Below, piece after piece: positions 38,168-46,671 of a stretch of 64,000 bases of DNA. Each line of letters opens with the position of its first letter. The first letter of the stretch is position 1. The notes beneath the pieces were generated by a model. The model saw only the letters and a list, made by a program, of their open reading frames with translations, made no database searches and was not told the DNA's origin. The position numbers and the translations under genes are program-made. The DNA comes from a virus. The stretch lies in IMG/VR virus record IMGVR_UViG_3300037193_001286, positions 9,859 through 73,858 of that record; one strand, written 5' to 3'.

Positions 38168-38195
38168 TTGCTATTAGTCAAACTTGCCATATGGA
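38168..38195 (+). promoter_or_regulatory. Island promoter P2
   Basis: TTGCTA-ttagtCAAACTTGcca-TATGGA; second box TCACATTTGC just upstream. Confidence 0.7.
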
Positions 38196-38232
38196 TATGT
38201 GCATAGACAACGCGTCACGAAAGGCAAGGCAA

Positions 38233-38481
38233 ATGAAACGCATTCTCGCAACCGCAACCGCTCTTTTCGCGCTCGCAAGCTCCGGCTTTGCGGCCGAGTC
38301 CGCACGCTATGAATTGCGCGTGGAATACAGCGGAAACGTCTATACGGCCGATTATGGCCTAACCGGAGACGATTGCTTGATTGCTCTGGATCAATTCCGG
38401 GCAAAGCGCATGCTTGAAATCAGCTCCGGAGACTTCGTTTTGATAGCGGACGACTCCGCAAGCTCTTGCGTAGGGGAGTAG
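38233..38481 (+). CDS. Island exported protein
   Basis: GGCAAGGCAAATG leader; signal peptide MKRILATATALFALASSGFA. Confidence 0.7.
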   Translation: MKRILATATALFALASSGFAAESARYELRVEYSGNVYTADYGLTGDDCLIALDQFRAKRMLEISSGDFVLIADDSASSCVGE

Positions 38482-38486
38482 CGGCA

Positions 38487-38792
38487 ATGGCAAAAGTCAC
38501 GGTTGATAATTCGGGCAATCTGTATCCGGGCACGGTCTCAATTGCGGACTTGGCCCAGTTTCTTCCAATCCTGAACAACGACTCCAATTGGCTCGACATC
38601 TATCTAGTCGAGTCCGCGATGGCGGAAGCATGGCCGCATGAAATCGAGCGGTTCGAATATGAGTTTGCAACCGGCTATTCGGCTTATTTCAAGGACGGGA
38701 CGGCAATTCATATAGGCGCGTGGATGGATAGGGACGAACACGAGTCCGCGCGTCTGTGGCGCGCTATGAAGGCAAAGGAAGCAAGGCAATGA
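38487..38792 (+). CDS. Island hypothetical protein
   Basis: GGCAATG leader. Confidence 0.65.
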   Translation: MAKVTVDNSGNLYPGTVSIADLAQFLPILNNDSNWLDIYLVESAMAEAWPHEIERFEYEFATGYSAYFKDGTAIHIGAWMDRDEHESARLWRAMKAKEARQ

Positions 38793-39019
38793 ATTTTGCA
38801 CAATCGGCAACATGCGGCTTTGTGGAGCTGCTAGACGCAAAAGGAGACGGTTCGCACTTCATTCGTGCAGCTCATATCGTCCGGATTAGTCCGGCATTTG
38901 ACGCGGATGGCGTATGGACGCATTGCGACGTTTGGACAATCGACGGCCGCACGACATGCGTTAACGCGACGTTTGAGCAAATTGCGGAAGCGATTGAAGC
39001 GGAGACGGCAAGGCAATGA
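38789..39019 (+). CDS. Island hypothetical protein
   Basis: GCAAGGCAATGA overlap with the previous stop codon. Confidence 0.65.
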   Translation: MNFAQSATCGFVELLDAKGDGSHFIRAAHIVRISPAFDADGVWTHCDVWTIDGRTTCVNATFEQIAEAIEAETARQ

Positions 39020-39192
39020 CAACGGTCAACAGCTACGAAAAAGCCGCGCGTCTAGCTGGTTGGGAGCTTCGCACTTTCGGCAATGGAGTCGCGAAATGGT
39101 GGAATCCGCAAAATGATGACGGAAGCCGCTATGTCAACAACGAACGCGCGTCTCGGTACATCTGCGAAGATTACGGCATAAAGCCGGAATAG
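39016..39192 (+). CDS. Island hypothetical protein (58 aa, not in ORF track)
   Basis: GGCAAGGCAATGA overlap; MTTVNSYEKAARLAGWEL... Confidence 0.6.
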   Translation: MTTVNSYEKAARLAGWELRTFGNGVAKWWNPQNDDGSRYVNNERASRYICEDYGIKPE

Positions 39193-39214
39193 GCACAATT
39201 AATCAAATTTGCCA

Positions 39215-39243
39215 TTGCTATTAAGCAAGTTTGCCTATATGTA
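39215..39243 (+). promoter_or_regulatory. Island promoter P3
   Basis: TTGCTA-ttaagCAAGTTTGccta-TATGTA; TCAAATTTGC just upstream. Confidence 0.75.
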
Positions 39244-39280
39244 AGAAGGCATAGGGCAAACACGCTTTGGAGCGAGGCAA

Positions 39281-39421
39281 ATGCATAACCTACCGGCTTT
39301 CATTTCTTTCAACGTCGCGGCCGTCGCGCTGATTCTCATGATTGCGATTCCCGGCAATCCGCTGAACGAACTAACGCGCGGCGCAATCCAGACTTTCGTT
39401 TGTGAAGGGGCTTGCAAATGA
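39281..39421 (+). CDS. Island small membrane peptide (46 aa)
   Basis: GAGGCAAATG leader; hydrophobic stretch; ATGA-coupled to the next ORF. Confidence 0.5.
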   Translation: MHNLPAFISFNVAAVALILMIAIPGNPLNELTRGAIQTFVCEGACK

Positions 39422-39942
39422 TCACGGCAAAACCAGAGATGACCGCTCACTATTTGGGAGTCGTTCGCGGCCGTTGCGACGGTCAACCGATTGTTGACGT
39501 CATGACGGGAAAGGTTTTGCCCGGTATCTGCCGGACATACGTTCCATGCCAACTAGACGGCAATCATGCTTATTTCGATCTGGGCGGCTATTCGTGGCGC
39601 GTTCCGCTCGATGGCACGGCTTGTGAGCGGTTGCCACGGACTCACGTTTACGTGTTGCACCTTTCCAAGTCCCGCAACGGATTCGGAAAGCCAACCGTGC
39701 CCGCTATCCGCTCCGCTCACACTGGGCACTATATCGCGGAGACAGGCACAACAGTTAAGCCGGATTCGGCCGCTATTCGCGCGGCATTGCCTCACTACTA
39801 CCGGAAAGCGTTTGACCGCGCGTGCGGCGCAATCTGGTTTGATAAACACGACGACAACAAACCGGCTTACATAACGTTACGGGACGCGCGCGGCCGTTAC
39901 CTGAACACGGTCTATTGTCTATTGAGCAAGATGGAAGGTTAA
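39418..39942 (+). CDS. Island hypothetical protein
   Basis: 174 aa ORF coupled to the previous ORF. Confidence 0.6.
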   Translation: MITAKPEMTAHYLGVVRGRCDGQPIVDVMTGKVLPGICRTYVPCQLDGNHAYFDLGGYSWRVPLDGTACERLPRTHVYVLHLSKSRNGFGKPTVPAIRSAHTGHYIAETGTTVKPDSAAIRAALPHYYRKAFDRACGAIWFDKHDDNKPAYITLRDARGRYLNTVYCLLSKMEG

Positions 39943-39946
39943 GGCA

Positions 39947-40558
39947 ATGCCGGAATTCATCCTGAACACTGACGGCGCAACGGCCGATAATTGGCACAAT
40001 CTCGACTCCTTCACGCAAGGCTTTATTGAAGCCGCGTTTTTCTCCGATTCCTCTTGCTTTGACTCGTCCGAGTTCTTCGGAGATGAGGCACAAGAGCGAG
40101 TCCGCGAAGGACAAGCGGACGGAAGCATTCCGAATGATGCGGGACCGTCCGATATAGACGCGGAGTCCCTTGCCAAGGTTAAGGCCTTTTGCGCGGCATT
40201 CCAGACGCGTGCAGCGGACGTTCTAACGGAAGCTTACGAACGCGAGTATGACGAAACGCAAGCCGGACGGGACTTGTATTTCACCTATGCCGGGCACGGA
40301 GTCGGCTATTGGGATAGGGATGCATTGAAAGCCAATGACGCGGACTTAGAAGAGTATGAGCGTTTGACGGCCGTTATGATTGCAAACCGCGACAACAATG
40401 CAAAATGGGATGAAGCGCTATCCGCACGGCATGAGGTGGAATCGCGAGGCATAGGGAAACGGCTTTCCAAGCTTTGCGGCCGTGGCGAAATCAATCTGGA
40501 TGCATACGAGTCGGAAGAGTCGGAAAGCGGTTTTTACGTGTCGTTTTATATCGGCTGA
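39947..40558 (+). CDS. Island hypothetical protein (acidic)
   Basis: AAGGCAATG leader; QAG.D..FT..GHG.GYWDR phage motif. Confidence 0.75.
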   Translation: MPEFILNTDGATADNWHNLDSFTQGFIEAAFFSDSSCFDSSEFFGDEAQERVREGQADGSIPNDAGPSDIDAESLAKVKAFCAAFQTRAADVLTEAYEREYDETQAGRDLYFTYAGHGVGYWDRDALKANDADLEEYERLTAVMIANRDNNAKWDEALSARHEVESRGIGKRLSKLCGRGEINLDAYESEESESGFYVSFYIG

Positions 40559-40586
40559 TTTATGTACATTTTTTTGATTTAGGCTC

Positions 40587-40616
40587 TTGCCTATTCGTCA
40601 AATTTGCTCTTATATA
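40587..40616 (+). promoter_or_regulatory. Island promoter P4
   Basis: TTGCCT-attcgtCAAATTTGctct-TATATA. Confidence 0.7.
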
Positions 40617-40653
40617 CCTCTCAGGCAAACACAAATGCATGAGAGGTTTTTTT

Positions 40654-40881
40654 ATGAAGAACATGACTCGCCATACCGGCAAGCTTGAAATTATCAAGCG
40701 CTTGCCTTCGTCCGCAAACGGCAATCCGCGATACCTGCTTAAGGTTGACGGTTGGACTTGCCGCACGGCCGTAGACTCTTCGCTCGGTTATTCCGTCACC
40801 AATTTTGACGGCAAAACCGTGCACGCGACAATCGGCACACATTACGGCAATGCAACACTGGACTCGGTTCAGCTCGCTTAA
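40654..40881 (+). CDS. Island hypothetical protein
   Basis: GAGG RBS; R..SS.NGNPRY motif. Confidence 0.65.
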   Translation: MKNMTRHTGKLEIIKRLPSSANGNPRYLLKVDGWTCRTAVDSSLGYSVTNFDGKTVHATIGTHYGNATLDSVQLA

Positions 40882-40898
40882 CTCCGAAAGGCAAGGCA

Positions 40899-41147
40899 AT
40901 GACAACGGTTATGCTCGACTCATACGATCCGGTAAAGAATAGCGGCGGACTCTGCCGTGACTTCACGACAGACGGTTTTCCTATTCGCCTTTATCAGCAT
41001 AGGACGCGGAAAGAACGCGGCTTTGCGGTTCAGTACGGAAAGCAATTCGACATTTACCTAACCTATTCGGAAGCGTGCAAAAAACTAGGCGAAGCGCTCA
41101 TGCATGACGCGGCTTGCCGTGGCGAACTCGACAACGAAAGGGATTAA
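40899..41147 (+). CDS. Island hypothetical protein
   Basis: GGCAAGGCAATG leader; F.V.YG.Q...LTY..A...LG..LMH...C.G.LD. Confidence 0.7.
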   Translation: MTTVMLDSYDPVKNSGGLCRDFTTDGFPIRLYQHRTRKERGFAVQYGKQFDIYLTYSEACKKLGEALMHDAACRGELDNERD

Positions 41148-41149
41148 TC

Positions 41150-41392
41150 ATGATACCGATTAACGTTCGCGTCTTTAACTTTGGCACGGTTCAATTCTGG
41201 AATAGTTACCGCAAACATACGAACGCGCGGACGTGGCGCGGAGCAATGCGCACATTTGCCGCGCAACACGGCAAAGCAATTGCAATGCGTTGCGACGGTT
41301 CAGCATTCCTCGTTTATCGCGACGAAGGCAATAAGAGCGGATTCCGGCAGGAAACGATTCCCGCGTCCAATGTTCAATGGCTCAACATTTGA
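41150..41392 (+). CDS. Island hypothetical protein
   Basis: ORF starting 2 nt after the previous stop codon. Confidence 0.55.
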   Translation: MIPINVRVFNFGTVQFWNSYRKHTNARTWRGAMRTFAAQHGKAIAMRCDGSAFLVYRDEGNKSGFRQETIPASNVQWLNI

Positions 41393-41460
41393 ACGGCTTA
41401 TAGAGCGGCCAATCTGGGCCGCTCCGGTAAACCGTTAATCAGGCAAGGAAAGACAAGGCA

Positions 41461-41859
41461 ATGACATACCATTTCAAATGGCAATCCGGATACATGGGAA
41501 CCGTCGATTATATGGTGACGGATTCAACCGGGACATTTCGCGCGGAGCTTAGAACGCAATTAGGCGATTACGAGCGCTCGATTTTGAACTATGACGCGGA
41601 CGGAATCGCAAAGCACGTCGAGTCCACAATCGGACTTCTTACACGTTGCGTTTGCGACAACCACGGCGAAATTTTACCGGAGACAATCGCCGCTTTTAAC
41701 GCATGGCGCGCGGACGAACACGCGCGGCAAATGGCGCATATGCGCGCGCATCCGGAGCGATACGGGACGGAATTTAATGAGCCATGGTTTCAACCGCCTA
41801 AACCGGTGCACGCGGGACGTTGGAGTGAACAAACCGGCTGGACTCGTGTAGGGGAATAA
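41461..41859 (+). CDS. Island hypothetical protein
   Basis: GACAAGGCAATG leader. Confidence 0.7.
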   Translation: MTYHFKWQSGYMGTVDYMVTDSTGTFRAELRTQLGDYERSILNYDADGIAKHVESTIGLLTRCVCDNHGEILPETIAAFNAWRADEHARQMAHMRAHPERYGTEFNEPWFQPPKPVHAGRWSEQTGWTRVGE

Positions 41860-41864
41860 CGGCA

Positions 41865-42188
41865 ATGGAAAAGCAAACGACGTTCCGCAAACATAGCTGG
41901 AAAGTCCCGGTGCGTGCGGGAAAGACTGTCGAGCAAAACGGCTATGCTACGGCTAATTTCGGCATACATAAACACTATGACAATTGGTGTGTAACGCATT
42001 TGCCTACCGGGCTTGCGATTGACTATTTCCGCTCCAAACGGCTTTCCATGGTCAAATCAATTGTTGCGCGTGCGGAAACGGTTTTCGATTGGTCAACCGG
42101 AGCGGACGTCTATGAAATCGCGGCACATAACCGAATTGACGCGCGCGCATTCAATGACGCGGTGCGGGACATTGGACGCGGTCAATAG
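41865..42188 (+). CDS. Island hypothetical protein
   Basis: CGGCAATG leader; W.VTH.PTG motif. Confidence 0.7.
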   Translation: MEKQTTFRKHSWKVPVRAGKTVEQNGYATANFGIHKHYDNWCVTHLPTGLAIDYFRSKRLSMVKSIVARAETVFDWSTGADVYEIAAHNRIDARAFNDAVRDIGRGQ

Positions 42189-42200
42189 AAAGGCAAGGCA

Positions 42201-42590
42201 ATGGCAAATCACGACACAAGCCGCTTTTGGGCATGGTTTGACGCCACGCGGAACGCTGCAATCCAGACGGATGACGGCCGCAAGTTTCATGCGGCTGGAT
42301 TCGACCTAACCCATACCGGAGGAGGTTGCACGGCATGGGAACGCGCCATACCGGGCACGGATTGGCTTATATGGATTGCTACCAGTGAAGCCGGGCATGA
42401 ATTGACTCCAGCGGATATTGAAGCCGGAGACGATTTTGGCGCGTGGATTGTGCACAAGGAAGAGTCGCACCATTCGCGCGCGCAAAACGCGAACACGGTT
42501 GAAGGCGTATTGAAGATAGCGGACGAAATGGCCGCGACCGTGCAGCGTGGCGAAATAGACTCGCTTCATATGGAATACGTCCACTACTGA
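42201..42590 (+). CDS. Island hypothetical protein
   Basis: GGCAAGGCAATG leader; HTGGGCTA motif. Confidence 0.7.
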   Translation: MANHDTSRFWAWFDATRNAAIQTDDGRKFHAAGFDLTHTGGGCTAWERAIPGTDWLIWIATSEAGHELTPADIEAGDDFGAWIVHKEESHHSRAQNANTVEGVLKIADEMAATVQRGEIDSLHMEYVHY

Positions 42591-42682
42591 CGGCTTATAG
42601 ACGGCCGCGCGTTGCGTTTTCGGAGCAATTCCGATTCCGCAATGCGGCCGTTCAATAAACTGTTGAGAGGAAAGGCAAGGCA

Positions 42683-42877
42683 ATGCCCGAGTTTGTTGTA
42701 ATCGCGCATAGGCGCAACGGAAGCGTTTTCGGAGCGGCAACCGCTATCTGTAAAGACGCGGACGGCAAAGAAAAGACTTATCCAACGCGCGACGCGGCCG
42801 ACTCCGCTGCAAAGCGCTATAACGACAGAACCACGTCACCAAACGTCTATTACACTGTTGAGGAAATGGCGCGATGA
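42683..42877 (+). CDS. Island hypothetical protein
   Basis: GGCAAGGCAATG leader. Confidence 0.65.
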   Translation: MPEFVVIAHRRNGSVFGAATAICKDADGKEKTYPTRDAADSAAKRYNDRTTSPNVYYTVEEMAR

Positions 42878-43101
42878 ATGACTCCATTCTAGCGGACGAT
42901 ACCCGCTATATCATGCGCCGCGACGCGGACGGCCGTTTATTGGTTCTGACGTTCAGCAATGATGAATTTGCCGACTATTGGACGGCCGCGCAAATAGAGC
43001 GTTTCGGCCGCGCGTTACCAGTGACGCGGGACGGATGCACCTTCGCGGACATGGCCGCATGTACGGCCGAAACAATGCAGCATTGGAGCGAAACGCCGTG
43101 A
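42874..43101 (+). CDS. Island hypothetical protein
   Basis: ATGA-coupled; last plus-strand ORF of the island. Confidence 0.55.
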   Translation: MNDSILADDTRYIMRRDADGRLLVLTFSNDEFADYWTAAQIERFGRALPVTRDGCTFADMAACTAETMQHWSETP

Positions 43102-43609
43102 TTGCTCCGGAGCTTGAAAATGATGGATAGACCGTTGCGCGCTGCTAGTCCGCTAGTGGCGCGTTTCCGCATGTTTCGGAGTCTTGCCGTGAACCGTCCA
43201 ACCGGTTGACGGGACGACTCCGCGTGGCTTGCGGCCGTGGCGCGGCCGTGCAGCGCGATTCCAGCTCCGGCATGGTGGTTGACCGTCCGGAGCGAAGAAA
43301 ACGCGTGTACGGCCGTTTATGGCGGTTTGCCTTGCGTGGTTTCGTTGCCGCATCCCGTTCCATGCTCCGGCATTGGCGCGGAGACGTATGGAAGCGGTTG
43401 CGACTCGTCCGGCATGCCGGGAACGGCAAGGCTTAAGACGCGTTGTGCGGCCGTCTGTGGCGGTTTGGCCGCTTGCCGCTCCGGTTCCATGCCCGGCGAT
43501 TGGCTAATGGAAGGTGGCGGAAGCGTTCTATGCGCAATGCAACCGACGCGTTGCAAAGCAGCCCCTTGAAGCCCCAGCCCATCCCCTAGATTGCGAATTT
43601 GGTAGCGAC

Positions 43610-43735
43610 CAGGGCCGGGGGGGGTATCCCGGTTGCTTTTAAAAAAAATTTTTGGGCACGCTTCCCAAGGCCGGGCGCAAAAAAAGGGCCGGTGAAAAAA
43701 ATCCGGCCCGAAAAATCTGGGAGGGAATTCCATTC
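43610..43735. other. G8-TA tract followed by repeated A/T tracts (island boundary)
   Basis: GGGGGGGGTA at 43617-43626, then TTTTA8T5, A7, A7 and A5 tracts. Confidence 0.6.
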
Positions 43736-45995
43736 TACACGACGTCGTATTTTTCATCAGGGAGTTTTTTCTCCAACCGCTTTGTCTTTTCGTTCAGCCC
43801 AGCGACGACGCATTCTAGGGCGTCATCCCTGTCCCTGTATTTGTGCAGGAACCGCTTGATCAATCTGTCCAGTTTCCTGTCGAAATCATCGTCCATCGAG
43901 GTGTCGGCAACGCGGTCCGGTTCAGGTGGACCATACAGGCGGGAATTGATCAGACATTCCAAGTCATCCACCACTAGGTCGAGCGTTGCGAGCCTCGTCG
44001 CGATCTTAGTTACGTCATCAGCATCTTCTTCTTCTCTCATAGCGACATCCTCCCATGGCGCTTAAATACCGGCTCTGATCCGGGTGATTTCAGAGCGCAT
44101 GGCTTGCACCAGTGCTTCCAGATCGCCGGATGCCTCATGCACCGCCTTGAAGATCGGGGAGGTCGGCCGTTCTGCGCGGTCGATTTCTGCCGGGGATGCC
44201 GGTCCGACGAGGCTGTCCGCCAGCTTGATCAGGTCGTGATAAACCTCATCGACGGCGCGGATCGCCAGATGCAGGTGCTCGACCGGGCCGGTGGTCACCA
44301 CCTGGCGGGGTTTGGCTTGCGGTAAAGCGCCCAGCCGCGTGGCACCTCCTGCGCTGGGAGCGAACTTGCGTGCAATCGACACGTCGTCGGCGGCAATAGC
44401 CTCGGCAAGGCCAGCTTCAAGTGTCTTGTCATTCATTTGGGTTTCTCCTCTGGTGATAACGTTCACGAAGTTTGTCCATCAATAGGTCGATTGCAGTCGT
44501 GTCGTCCAACGGCCCTTCCCGCTCCTGATCGAACAACTCGACGATCATGCGCATGTAGGCCATGTATTCGGTATTCTTCGCGTGCTTGCAGATAGTGCCC
44601 GCCATTATTCCGGTGACATAGACCGCCAACTGGACTGGCATGTCGCTGGTCTCGATCTCTTTGATCAGCGCGTCGATATTTGTCATCATCGCTCCTCCGC
44701 TCTCCTACCTGAGCGTGATTTCGATGTGCAGTTGACCGCCTTCATCTTCCCAAAAGGTTGTTCCGCCAGCTTTGACATAGCCGTTCAGCCCTTCTTGCCT
44801 GTCAGACGAGACGTAATCACCGCTCTGCGGGACCACCGGCAAATCCAATTCGAACATCTGATATTCAGGACCATCGGTGTATTTCTTGATGGCGATCTTC
44901 ATTGCACCCTCCTATATCGCCGTCCACGCCCAGAGGCTGAGCGCGAGGATCGAGAACAGCACGAGGGCAAGCGCGGAATTGATTAGCGCGTCGTAGCTCA
45001 TGACACCGCCTTTAGAACGCGGACATACCAGACGTTCTCGATGTCCTGATTGGTGATCTGCTTCAGATCGTCGGGGGTCTCGATGGTCGACCACCAGCTT
45101 TCGAAGCCATAGACCAGCTCGCCGGTTTCGAAGACGAACATGCAGGGATTGGAGTAGGTGCGCTGAAGCGTCAACAGCTCGCCGTTCTTGACGACGGGGG
45201 CGACGCCGATGGGCATGTCGCCCAGATAGAGGCCAAGCCGGGTGATGTCTTCGCTCGCCTTGCGGACGGCGACATAGGAACCCTGCGCGGATTGCTTGAA
45301 CAGCGGCTGCTTGACGCGCGGCACCATGACTTCATCGACGTCGATCTGAACGACGCCTTGCGGGATGTTGACGACGCTCATTCCGTCTCCCTCCCCTTTA
45401 TGGCGTGCAGCACTGCAAGGCAGATCGCCAGCGGTTCGGTGCTTCCCCTTACATCAAACGGGTGATTGAGCGAGCCGATGCCCCAGCCGCCTTCCGCATC
45501 CGCATCGCGCTGCTCATAGGTGATGCGCGCTGCCGGATTCAGGCCGGTCCAGATGGTCATTGAGTATCGGCGATCCGGTGTATCCGGGAAAACCGTCTTA
45601 AACAGGATGAGCGCCGCGTCGATGGAGGCGGTGGGATACCCCTCGATCATCTCGAAATATTCGTTCAGCATCTCGTCGAGGTTGGCGTCTGGGCCGGTCG
45701 CGGCCCGCAGTTTTTCGATCAGTTCTTCGATCATCATGACCCTTCTCCTCGTTGGTCACTGGCGTCCGTCGAATTGCTCCACTTCCTCGCGGCCGTGCAG
45801 CCTGACGAGGCGGATAAGCATCTGCCTTTCGGTCGCCAGCTGCCGGGCCATGTCGGTCACCCAAGGCAGTCTCTCTTCATCCGCCGCCATCAACGGCATC
45901 CATTGCCCGTTTATCGAGACTGCGCATAGGCCTTCGATCCCGTCTGTGTCGACAGAAACCGCTACCCACACCTGGTCGATCCTGGTAATGTTCAC
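43735..45995 (-). CDS. Run of about 8 small hypothetical ORFs (43735-44040, 44062-44434, 44429-44689, 44705-44902, 44998-45381, 45378-45737, 45756-45995)
   Basis: Tightly packed, co-oriented ORFs with GGAG RBSs; no family recognised. Confidence 0.55.
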
Positions 45996-46140
45996 TGATT
46001 CCCCCTCACCCTTGGATTTTTAGCCTAGCCCGAGCGGGCCAGGTATACTTACCCATTGGGTATTATTTGTCCACCGCTATTCTTTGTATATGGATAGCTT
46101 CAGCTCGACCTGTGGAAGCCTCTACAGAAAAGGTCTGTAA

Positions 46141-46354
46141 TTTATCCCCCGCAGTGGGTTCTATAAAAATCAATGACTTAACAATGGAGTGCGGGGTATG
46201 CGGGGTATGAAATAGGTCAAACGCGCGGAACTAACAGTCGTGCACGACTGATTGTTTGGGTGAAAGTAACGGAATCATACCCCGCACACCCCGCAGCGGT
46301 TCGCTAACGTATTGATTTTCCACAAACGGGTGCGGGGGAAGCGCGGGGGATAAA
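46141..46354. repeat. Symmetric dyad, probable replication origin
   Basis: Central 16-bp palindrome at 46235-46250, mirrored GCGGGGTAT repeats and two mirrored IHF-consensus sites; downstream of the helicase genes. Confidence 0.65.
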
Positions 46355-46371
46355 ATTTTCGCGAGCGGATT

Positions 46372-46662
46372 TCAGTCGAGAAAGACGATCTCAAGCCCAA
46401 GATATTCAGCAAGAGCGTGCTCCACCTTCGCACCCTTGGAATGTTCCCAACCGGGAAGCATCGCCATGCCCTCAGCATGGGCAATAATCCATGCGATACC
46501 GACCAGCATGTATTCGACAGGCTCGCCATCGGTGTGGTCCGTCATCTCGGCCGGATTGAAGACGAAGTGCCCGGCAGCGCGCAGATCGACCGCTGCCTTG
46601 TGAAATGTCGGATAGTTGTATTCGGGATGACCGTTCATCGGGCCAGCCAGATAGAGCCGCAT
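46372..46662 (-). CDS. DUF4406 protein (deoxyribosyltransferase-like fold)
   Basis: YLAGPM.G...N.P.F, NPAE and LPGWE.S.GA..E motifs. Confidence 0.85.
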   Translation of the reverse strand: MRLYLAGPMNGHPEYNYPTFHKAAVDLRAAGHFVFNPAEMTDHTDGEPVEYMLVGIAWIIAHAEGMAMLPGWEHSKGAKVEHALAEYLGLEIVFLD

Positions 46663-46671
46663 GGATGCCTC

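Noticed and set aside
36825-43626. Transposon or invertible segment bounded by inverted repeats
   Set aside because: The repeats are only 10-bp homopolymer tracts, there is no transposase or invertase, and the segment contains the packaging HNH gene.
43145-43760. Several overlapping ORFs at the island's right end
   Set aside because: No leader motif or RBS and implausible protein composition; treated as non-coding.
46235-46250. Protelomerase (telRL) site
   Set aside because: No protelomerase or tyrosine recombinase gene is seen in the window; the repeat/IHF layout fits an origin better.
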